From Halioglobus sp. (GTDB lineage: Bacteria; Pseudomonadota; Gammaproteobacteria; Pseudomonadales; Halieaceae): a stretch of DNA of 64,000 nt. The position numbers and the translations under genes were made by a program. The notes beneath the pieces are model-generated. The model had not been told where the DNA came from. It saw only the letters and a program-made list of their open reading frames with translations, and searched no databases. Positions 56,600-64,000 of this stretch are shown one piece after another. Position 1 is the stretch's first letter; every line of letters starts with the position of its first letter. The stretch lies in the NCBI GenBank assembly GCA_965227435.1, contig CBDDGB010000002.1:678181-742180 (forward strand). The letters run 5' to 3'.

Positions 56600-56707
56600 A
56601 ATCGCTACGATACAGGCGGACCTCACCCCTGGGCTTGCGGCAAATCAATTCGATCAGCGCTCTCGGGGCTAGACTGGCAGCTGCAAGAGGCACGGAACGG
56701 AGAATCT

Positions 56708-58108
56708 ATGGCCACCATCATCTTTCACGGCGCGGCCCAGGAGGTCACAGGCTCCTGCTACGAGCTCGAATCGCCCGCCACAGGAAGGGTCCTGCTGGAC
56801 TGCGGTATGCACCAGGGCGGTGACGCTGTCGATCGCATACGGGAGGAGCGATTCGACTTCGGCCCTACCGCGATCGATTCGGTGATCCTGTCGCACGCGC
56901 ACCTGGATCACAGCGGCCTCCTGCCGAAGCTGTTCAAGGAAGGTTTTCGCGGAGACGTCATCTGCACGCAGGCTAGTGCCGAGCTGCTGGACGTGATGCT
57001 GAACGACTCCGTGGGGCTCTACCTCAGGGACCTGGAACGGACCAACCTGCGCAATGCCCGCCGCGGCAAGCCGCTGCTCGAACCGGACTACAACAAGCAG
57101 GACGTAGAGGGCGTACTGGCGCTGTGCAGGGGCTGTGCCTACGGCGAATCGGTCACGCTGGGCCCAGGCGGGACGCTCACGTTTCACGATGCGGGCCATA
57201 TTCTCGGTTCCGCCATCATTGAGCTGTCGTTCAGCGAAAAAGGCGAAGACAAGACGCTGGTCTTTTCGGGCGACCTCGGTAAACGCGACTCGGTACTGAT
57301 GAACGAACCTGCGCGTCCCGGAAAAGCCGATGTGCTGCTCGTCGAAAGCACCTATGGCGACAGGGAACATCGCGATGAAATCGACTCGATGGCGCAGCTG
57401 CGAGACATACTGCGCGAGACCTGGCGTCGCGGGGGCAACGTCTTGATCCCGGCATTCGCGGTGGGTCGCACACAGGACATCCTGTTTCACCTAGGTTGCC
57501 TGTACCACCAGGGTGAACTGGACCCCTGGGAGGTCTTTCTCGACAGCCCGATGGCGATCGCCATCACCCAGATCTACGACCGCTGGCTCGACACAATGAA
57601 CGGTGATGTACGGGATCTCAGCGAGGCGCATCGCCAGTCGCTCGCCAGCTTTCTTCCCCGCCTGAACCTGGCGCTGGAGACCGAGGCGTCGATGGCGATC
57701 AACCGCATCAGGAGCGGCGCCATCATTATCGCGGGATCGGGCATGTGCACCGGCGGCCGTATCCGACATCACCTCAAGCAGCGCATCTGGGATGACCGCA
57801 ACACCGTGATTTTCACGGGCTACCAGGCGCGGGGAACACTCGGCCGCATTCTTGTCGACGGTGCACAGCGCATCAAACTGTTCGGCGAGGACTATGTGGT
57901 AAAGTCCTCCATTGAAACCTTGGGTGGACTCTCGGCGCACGCGGGCCAGACCGGCCTGGTGAACTGGATTAACTCTTTCCAGCCCCCGCCCAAGACATAC
58001 CTGGTGCACGGGGAGCCGCGGGCGCAGGACGCGCTCGCGCAACGTCTCTGGAGCGAACTGGGTATGAAGACCATCGTACCCGCCACCGGGCAGAGTGCGG
58101 TGTTCTAA
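56708..58108 (+). CDS. MBL-fold beta-CASP nuclease family protein
   Basis: VTGSC, DCG, SHAHLDHSG, GHILGS, FSGDLG, ESTYG, SAHAG, LVHGE; start ATG 56708. Confidence 0.92.
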   Translation: MATIIFHGAAQEVTGSCYELESPATGRVLLDCGMHQGGDAVDRIREERFDFGPTAIDSVILSHAHLDHSGLLPKLFKEGFRGDVICTQASAELLDVMLNDSVGLYLRDLERTNLRNARRGKPLLEPDYNKQDVEGVLALCRGCAYGESVTLGPGGTLTFHDAGHILGSAIIELSFSEKGEDKTLVFSGDLGKRDSVLMNEPARPGKADVLLVESTYGDREHRDEIDSMAQLRDILRETWRRGGNVLIPAFAVGRTQDILFHLGCLYHQGELDPWEVFLDSPMAIAITQIYDRWLDTMNGDVRDLSEAHRQSLASFLPRLNLALETEASMAINRIRSGAIIIAGSGMCTGGRIRHHLKQRIWDDRNTVIFTGYQARGTLGRILVDGAQRIKLFGEDYVVKSSIETLGGLSAHAGQTGLVNWINSFQPPPKTYLVHGEPRAQDALAQRLWSELGMKTIVPATGQSAVF

Positions 58109-58118
58109 GGACAACCCT

Positions 58119-58958
58119 ATGGCGGACTTCCTACAGTTTGTGGACAGCATGCCCGAATGGCAGAAAGTTGGCTGGTTCATCGGCTGCCTCGCGTTCTGCT
58201 GGACGCTCGAGGCACTGACACCGCTGGTTCGCGCCGACTACCACAAGCTCAGGCACGACGCGTTCAACCTCGGGCTGTTTTTCCTCAACGGCATCATCGC
58301 CGCTCCCGTGGTGGTGCTGACAAGCGCCGTGATCGTGTGGAGCGACACGCACCAGTTTGGCCTGCTTTACCACGTCGACCTGCCCGTCTGGGCTGAACTC
58401 TTTATCGCGATCCTGCTCCTGGATTTCGTCGCACAGTACGGCATTCACTACCTGCTGCACCACGTGAAATGGCTGTGGCGCCTGCACCTGGTGCACCACG
58501 CCGATACGCATGTCGACGCCACGACCGGCACCCGCCACCACCCCGGCGACCTGATCATGCGGCTCGTCGCCGCCATGGCAATCATCCTCGTACTTGGCAT
58601 ACCCGCGGTCTACTATCTGGTCTACCGCCTGCTGACGCTGTTCTTCGGCTACTTCACGCACGCCAACATTCGCCTGCCTGCCCAGCTTGACCGGGCACTA
58701 AGTTACGTCATCGTCACACCTGACATGCACAAGTTTCATCATCACCACGAGGCACCCTGGACCGACTCCAACTTCGGCAACGTCTTTTCGGTCTGGGATC
58801 GCCTTTTCGGCACACTGGTTTACGAAAATACAGCAGACATCCGCTACGGCCTCGATGTCATGGATGACAGCCGAGACACCGACTTCCTCTACCAGATAAA
58901 GGCGCCCATCGATCGCGGCATCGATACCAGCAGGCGCCCGGGAGAACCCGCACTGTGA
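58119..58958 (+). CDS. Sterol desaturase / fatty-acid hydroxylase family membrane protein
   Basis: His boxes HYLLH, HLVHH, HAN, HKFHH; NFGN..WDRLFGT. Confidence 0.9.
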   Translation: MADFLQFVDSMPEWQKVGWFIGCLAFCWTLEALTPLVRADYHKLRHDAFNLGLFFLNGIIAAPVVVLTSAVIVWSDTHQFGLLYHVDLPVWAELFIAILLLDFVAQYGIHYLLHHVKWLWRLHLVHHADTHVDATTGTRHHPGDLIMRLVAAMAIILVLGIPAVYYLVYRLLTLFFGYFTHANIRLPAQLDRALSYVIVTPDMHKFHHHHEAPWTDSNFGNVFSVWDRLFGTLVYENTADIRYGLDVMDDSRDTDFLYQIKAPIDRGIDTSRRPGEPAL

Positions 58959-60238
58959 GAAAACTGCCCACAATTGCCCTGTTGGCCTGTTTCAGCCTGG
59001 CGCTGCTCGCCTGCTCCGACAGCAATAATGATGTTCTTCCAACGCCAACCTTTACGGTCACGGTGACCGAACGTACCTTCGTGGACAGCAACCGCGGCAC
59101 GCCGCCAACGGGTGAGTTTCCCGCACTGCCCGGCCGAACGCTGAACACGCTTGTGTTTGTGCCGGACGGCAACCGCCGGTTCCCCCTACTCATCTTCTCT
59201 CACGGCCTGGGTGGCTCTCCGCAGTTCTACCAGTTCCTGCTGGAGGCTATCGCGGCAGCGGGATTTGTAATCGTGGCGCCGGAGTTCCCGCTCACGAATA
59301 CCAACGCACCGGCGGGGCCAGACCCGGTCGACACGCAACAGCAACCTGGCGATGTGAGCTTCCTTATCGATGAAGTAGCAGCAGCGGTCGCCGCACAAGA
59401 GGCGCCCTTCCACAAGCGCGTGGACCTGGAGCGCGTGGGAACGTTTGGCCACTCCAACGGGGGCATCACCACGCTGGGCATACTGGCACACAGCTGCTGT
59501 CGTGACGAACGGATTGATGCGGCAGCTTCACTGGCGGCTACCGCCGCACCCTACAACAACGGCACCTACGACTTCACGACAACAGCACCGCTCCTGCTGA
59601 TTCACGGTACCGCGGATGCACTGATACCGCACGAGGAGTCCATCAGGGTGTTCAACATGGTTGAAGCCGCCAAGGGCATACTCATCATGCAGGACGTCGG
59701 CCATTCCACCTTCCTCGCCCCGTCCGGTCACGGCTACGACAGCACGGCGAATACGCTTATCAACTTTTTCCGCACACACCTACTAGGAGACAGCGCGGCA
59801 GAGGAGAGCCTGCTCGCGGGTGAGGTGCTGGACACGGCAGTGGAGCTGCTCTACACGATCACCGGCGGCACCGATGTCACCCTGCCCTTGCCGCCGCCCA
59901 TCATCAACCGGGTGGCCGGGGTGGATCCAAGCACGAATCTTGTGGGGGGCCAATTCGTCACAGTGACCTGGCGAAACTTCATTGCTGGCAACACAATCAA
60001 CATTCTTCAGTGCTCACAGGGCGGCCTCGGCGGCAACGATGTTTGCGACTTCAGCAAGGGTTTCATCCTCCGGCCCAACCCGGATGGCGAGGGTTCTCTG
60101 CAGCTTGAAATTATCGAGGGCGATGTGGGTTCGGGGCGTTGCGATGCCACCGACAACGATTGCGTGATCGTGGTGAACGATGGCGGATCACTTGCAGAGG
60201 AAGCGACTCTGCGGATCCCGATAAGCTTCGCCGAATAA
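58955..60238 (+). CDS. Lipoprotein alpha/beta hydrolase with C-terminal neocarzinostatin-like domain
   Basis: Lipobox LLAC; SHGLGG, GHSNGG, HGTAD, GH; C-terminus VDPSTNLVGGQFVTVTW..QC..C..C..C. Confidence 0.8.
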   Translation: MRKLPTIALLACFSLALLACSDSNNDVLPTPTFTVTVTERTFVDSNRGTPPTGEFPALPGRTLNTLVFVPDGNRRFPLLIFSHGLGGSPQFYQFLLEAIAAAGFVIVAPEFPLTNTNAPAGPDPVDTQQQPGDVSFLIDEVAAAVAAQEAPFHKRVDLERVGTFGHSNGGITTLGILAHSCCRDERIDAAASLAATAAPYNNGTYDFTTTAPLLLIHGTADALIPHEESIRVFNMVEAAKGILIMQDVGHSTFLAPSGHGYDSTANTLINFFRTHLLGDSAAEESLLAGEVLDTAVELLYTITGGTDVTLPLPPPIINRVAGVDPSTNLVGGQFVTVTWRNFIAGNTINILQCSQGGLGGNDVCDFSKGFILRPNPDGEGSLQLEIIEGDVGSGRCDATDNDCVIVVNDGGSLAEEATLRIPISFAE

Positions 60239-60253
60239 GACAGGCTGGCTAGC

Positions 60254-60574
60254 CTACTGCAGCGTTGGCACGTCGTCCCGGGGGAGCTCCAGGGGTACTT
60301 CCAGCGTATTGTCGCCCTCACGCACCCCTTGCCCAATCATCTCGTCGTAGGCGGATTGTTGGCGAAGCACCAGCGAGGCAACAGGGAATCGTGTGAGCAC
60401 TTCACGCATTTGCTGCAGGCTATGGCTACGTAGTGGCTTTTGGTCGGCGTCAACCAGCAGGCGCTCGGCGCCCTCAACAATCACTGTAACCTGGTACAGC
60501 GCCTGGTCGAGCGAATGGATGACCACCGGCACCTTGCCACTGAGCGCTGCAAATTCTTTCACTGATATCCTCAT
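60254..60574 (-). CDS. Small conserved protein (DUF6482-like)
   Basis: VVIHSLD..LY, LRQQSAYDEMIG. Confidence 0.7.
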   Translation of the reverse strand: MRISVKEFAALSGKVPVVIHSLDQALYQVTVIVEGAERLLVDADQKPLRSHSLQQMREVLTRFPVASLVLRQQSAYDEMIGQGVREGDNTLEVPLELPRDDVPTLQ

Positions 60575-60589
60575 GCGCCCGCGCGGTGC

Positions 60590-61120
60590 CTAGAGCACGT
60601 CCTCGATCGCACCGGTAAGTCGCTTGCTCTTTGGCTCGACGAGACTACCGAAGTGCCGCACCACCTTGCCGGAGTCATCGAGCAGGTACTTGTTGAAGTT
60701 CCAGCCGGGTTCCTCGCTCTGCTCGGCCAGCGCCTTGAAGACGGGATTTGCCGACTCGCCGCGCACCGAACTGGGTGCCAGCATCGTGAACGTTACACCG
60801 TAGTTTACGTAGCAGATTTCAGCGGCCTTCGCTTCGTCCTTGGCCGCCTGCTTAAAGTCGTCACTCGGGAAACCGACAACGACGAGACCCTCATCGACAT
60901 AACGCTCGTGCAGCGCCTCAAGGCCCTCAAACTGGTAGGTGTAGCCACAGTGGCTTGCCGTGTTCACGATCAGCATAGGGCGGCCGTCTCGCAGCGCGCA
61001 CAGATTCACCTCTTCCTTGGAATGCAGCTTGCGCATGGTCTGGTCGAGATAATCAGGACAGCTGGCCAGAGCGCCGCTGGAGGCCATCAACATGGCAAGA
61101 GAAAGCCCAATTCGTTTCAT
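60590..61120 (-). CDS. Glutathione peroxidase family protein (Cys type, signal peptide)
   Basis: NTASHCGYTYQ, GFPSDDF, WNFNKYL; start ATG 61120. Confidence 0.92.
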   Translation of the reverse strand: MKRIGLSLAMLMASSGALASCPDYLDQTMRKLHSKEEVNLCALRDGRPMLIVNTASHCGYTYQFEGLEALHERYVDEGLVVVGFPSDDFKQAAKDEAKAAEICYVNYGVTFTMLAPSSVRGESANPVFKALAEQSEEPGWNFNKYLLDDSGKVVRHFGSLVEPKSKRLTGAIEDVL

Positions 61121-61172
61121 AAAAGATACCCCGCAGGTCATACCTTCGATACGACGAAGACACTGGGTCGGA

Positions 61173-62009
61173 TCAAATGGACAGACTCGACAGCCACCCT
61201 TCGATGTCTAAAAAGACCTGCTCTCGCTCGGGTTCGTTGAACACCTCGTGATAGGCGCCCGGGTAGATATGCAGCCCTTTTTCGTCGGAGCCAACTTGCT
61301 CATAGAGGAGCTTCGACCCCGAGGGCGATGTCATCTGGTCGGCTCCCCCGTGCACCAGTAACACAGGCAGGCGAATCTCACCCGCGTGCCGCTGCACCAG
61401 CTTCATACCCCGAAACAGCTCCGCCACCATGCGCGCAGTGAGCATGCCGGTATAGTTCAGCGGATCGTTGCGATAGCGCTCCACCTCCTCGGGTATTCGG
61501 CTCACGCCGCGTGCGTCCAGTTGCATGGCGCCGCTGTCTGGAGAGAAGAACGACTGAAGTTTTAGCAGAATGACCTGGTGCCACGGCGGCACGAGTTCAG
61601 TCTTTATCGCCGGGCCGGACAGCACGCAGGCTGCGAGTTTATCCTGGTGCTGCAACAGGTAAACACAGGCGATCAGCCCGCCCATACTGTGCCCCAGCAG
61701 AATCTGCGGTAGATCAGGGAAGGACGACGCCACCCGTGCGCGAAAAGTCTCAAGATTCGTGACGTGATCGTCAAGACGCTTGAGACAGCACCGACCACCG
61801 TCTGACTTGCCGTGCCCGAAGTGGTCCAGCGCAGCCACCACATAGCCCTTGCCGACAAAATGCTCGGCGAAGATATCGTAGCGCCCGCCGTGTTCCGCGG
61901 CGCCGTGGGAGATAAGGATAAGGGCACGCGGGTCGACGTCTGGCGCCCAGCTCTGGTAGTAAATGTTGGCCCCGTGCGCCCCGGTAAAGCTCCCTTCGCT
62001 GTGCTGCAT
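61173..62009 (-). CDS. Lysophospholipase / monoacylglycerol lipase
   Basis: HGAAEHGGRY, DHFGHGKS, GHSMGG, HGGAD, YHEVFNE; TGATG coupling to gpsA. Confidence 0.9.
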   Translation of the reverse strand: MQHSEGSFTGAHGANIYYQSWAPDVDPRALILISHGAAEHGGRYDIFAEHFVGKGYVVAALDHFGHGKSDGGRCCLKRLDDHVTNLETFRARVASSFPDLPQILLGHSMGGLIACVYLLQHQDKLAACVLSGPAIKTELVPPWHQVILLKLQSFFSPDSGAMQLDARGVSRIPEEVERYRNDPLNYTGMLTARMVAELFRGMKLVQRHAGEIRLPVLLVHGGADQMTSPSGSKLLYEQVGSDEKGLHIYPGAYHEVFNEPEREQVFLDIEGWLSSLSI

Positions 62010-63010
62010 CAACCGGGCTCCGACTCGGCACCGGGTTGCACGCGGAGCAGGCCGCGAAATGCCTGCCGGGCTGTGCCGCCTTGAGAGATTACTTTATAGA
62101 CGTCGCGGGCAATCGGCATATCGATGTCGTACTGCTCCGCCAGCGCCATCACTGTTGGCGCACTCTTCACGCCCTCGGCGACCATCACCATGTCGTTGAT
62201 GATGTCGTCCAGCTTACGGCCCTGGCCCAGCTCAACACCCACGTGCCGGTTGCGGCTCTGGGGGCTTGTGCAGGTGGCGATCATGTCGCCCATGCCCGCG
62301 AGACCGGCGAAGGTCTGCTCGCGCCCACCCATTGCCGTACCAAGGCGCGTCATCTCTGCGAGGCCGCGCGTAATCAGCGCCGAACGCGTGTTGTCGCCCG
62401 CGCCCTGCCCGTCGCCCATTCCCACAGCGATGGCGATAATGTTCTTCAGAACGCCACCCAACTCGCAACCGATAACATCGTTGTTGGTATAGACGCGAAA
62501 CAGACCACTGCGGAACAAGTTCTGTAGTTCGCGCACGATGATCTCGTCTTCCATCGCGATAACGCTCGCCGCTGCCTGCCCGGCCATAATCTCACGCGCC
62601 AGGTTCGGACCTGTCAGCACGCCTACCGGGTGCCCGGGCAAGACCTCTTCGATCAGCTGGGTCATTCGCTTGCCCGACTCGCGCTCCAGGCCTTTCGTCA
62701 GGCTGATCACCGGCACCCATGCCCGCAGGTGCGGTTTGACCTCTTCCAGTACACCGCGGAACCCCTGCGACGGCACGCCCATTACGAGCACATCGATATC
62801 ACTTACCGCCTCCTCGATGGTGCCGACCGCCTGTAGATTGTCAGGCAACCTCGCGTCGGGCAGGTACTTGCGGTTGGTGTGCTCCGTGTTGATCTCTGTA
62901 ACGGTAGCGGCGTCGCGCGCCCAGATTTTCACATCGGTATTCCGCGCCACCAGGGACGCCACGGTGGTGCCCCAGGACCCGCCACCAAGTAGTGCGACTC
63001 GCAGTGCCAT
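62009..63010 (-). CDS. gpsA: NAD(P)H-dependent glycerol-3-phosphate dehydrogenase
   Basis: GGGSWGT, TKG, GPNLA, KNIIAIAVG, GDNTR, SRNR, EGV. Confidence 0.95.
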   Translation of the reverse strand: MALRVALLGGGSWGTTVASLVARNTDVKIWARDAATVTEINTEHTNRKYLPDARLPDNLQAVGTIEEAVSDIDVLVMGVPSQGFRGVLEEVKPHLRAWVPVISLTKGLERESGKRMTQLIEEVLPGHPVGVLTGPNLAREIMAGQAAASVIAMEDEIIVRELQNLFRSGLFRVYTNNDVIGCELGGVLKNIIAIAVGMGDGQGAGDNTRSALITRGLAEMTRLGTAMGGREQTFAGLAGMGDMIATCTSPQSRNRHVGVELGQGRKLDDIINDMVMVAEGVKSAPTVMALAEQYDIDMPIARDVYKVISQGGTARQAFRGLLRVQPGAESEPG

Positions 63011-63021
63011 AATTGGACCTC

Positions 63022-64000
63022 TTATTGTCTAGGCTTGGGATGTCTCGCCTTCGGCGCTGACTTTTTCCTGGCGCCGGATTTCATCTCTTTTGTCTGCTTC
63101 GCTTTGCCCGCGCCCGTCTTGGCCTTCTTGCGGGCCTTTTTCCGCTTGGCGGGCTCCTGGGCAAGCGCCAACAACTCGTCGTGCGAGGCCCGCAGGCAAT
63201 CCGTGAAGAAATCGATGTCAGGCATCACCTCGCGGGTAGACGTCACAGCGAATGACATCTTGCCGTTGTAACTGGGTGTCGCGATGAACAGCCCCATGCC
63301 GTTGCTAAGCGGCGCCATACCGTAGGTGCCCAGTTGCCGCGCGCCGTTCATATACAGCTGTACCTGCGGCCCCGGCACGTTCGACACGAAGAGATTACAG
63401 ACCCTCGCAGCGGCGCCGGTGCTGAGCACCAGGCGGCTGGCTAGTACCTGCGTGGCGGCCGGTACATGGCGGGTGAGATCCGTCATGATTCGGGCAGACA
63501 GGCCGGACCGCGCTTCCTTGCTGTCCAGCGTCGACTCGTAGATCGCACGCAGTCGCTTCACCGGGTCCTTGATATCGGTGTGTATCGCCGCGGTCATGGC
63601 CGTGATGTTGTTGCCGGGCGCATCGGTATCGCCCGCACCGCCGGGCCTCGCGTTAATCGGCACCCAGGCCACCAGCGGCTCGTCAGGCAACTCACCGTGG
63701 TGCTTCAGGTATTTGCGCAGCGCGCCGCTGCAGATCGCCAGCACCACGTCGTTGACTTTGCACTCGGGCACCAGCGTGCGGATCGCCTTGATGGAATCGA
63801 GCGAAAACTCGAGACCGTCGAACATCTTATGGGGTGAGACCGGCACGTTGAAGCGAGTCTCCGGCACCTCGGTGGCCGGCTCCCCGCGCGACATCAGCGC
63901 CCGTTGCGCCGCCTGGTAGATACCCGGCGTGGCGCGCAGCAACGCATCGGCGATGCGTACGGGGGAACGCAGGTTGTTTTCGGTCGCACGACGCGCCATC
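63022..64000 (-). CDS. Wax ester synthase/diacylglycerol acyltransferase (WS/DGAT), 5' part outside window
   Basis: KVNDVVLAIC.GALR.YL, VPINAR, GNN, VSNVPGP, SYNG; the catalytic HHxxxDG would lie beyond the window edge. Confidence 0.88.
   Translation of the reverse strand, partial: MARRATENNLRSPVRIADALLRATPGIYQAAQRALMSRGEPATEVPETRFNVPVSPHKMFDGLEFSLDSIKAIRTLVPECKVNDVVLAICSGALRKYLKHHGELPDEPLVAWVPINARPGGAGDTDAPGNNITAMTAAIHTDIKDPVKRLRAIYESTLDSKEARSGLSARIMTDLTRHVPAATQVLASRLVLSTGAAARVCNLFVSNVPGPQVQLYMNGARQLGTYGMAPLSNGMGLFIATPSYNGKMSFAVTSTREVMPDIDFFTDCLRASHDELLALAQEPAKRKKARKKAKTGAGKAKQTKEMKSGARKKSAPKARHPKPRQ

Noticed and set aside
56258-56707. N-terminal extensions in the ORF track (also starts 2931, 9307, 15545)
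   Set aside because: They overlap neighbouring genes or lack homology-like sequence; downstream ATGs fit the domain starts and RBSs better.
60947-60949. Selenocysteine in the glutathione peroxidase
   Set aside because: The active-site codon is TGT (Cys).

Overview
GC-rich bacterial chromosomal segment with about 53 densely packed CDSs. No rRNA, tRNA, CRISPR array, transposase or integrase was seen. The gene mix (frmA/fghA, LLM oxidoreductases, sulfotransferase, Rieske oxygenase, DUF3604, VPLPA-CTERM, WS/DGAT) suggests a Gammaproteobacterium such as the OM60/NOR5 (Halieaceae) group; this is inference only. Main results: (1) A tightly coupled operon of about 16.5 kb (16486-32941). It encodes an FAD/NAD(P)H-2x cNMP-4x[4Fe-4S] protein, a NOX/ferric-reductase-like di-heme b membrane protein, two decaheme cytochromes (one membrane-anchored, one with LVIVD repeats), a tandem GlcG/HbpS lipoprotein, an outer-membrane barrel, a c554-like cytochrome, a PP2C phosphatase and an FHA protein. 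Nearby lie a second FHA protein, a Ser/Thr kinase, an autotransporter barrel and an exported Sel1/coiled-coil/caspase protein. Together these look like a signal-gated trans-envelope electron conduit. (2) A hidden AhpD-like selenoprotein: CFY-UGA-TNSH, in frame with the next ORF and followed by a SECIS-like hairpin. (3) An unannotated 32-aa microprotein copying the PP2C membrane anchor. (4) A shared TAATAC-N4-GTATTA operator in identical promoter geometry at two loci about 42 kb apart. The rest is lipid, xenobiotic and glutathione metabolism plus housekeeping genes.
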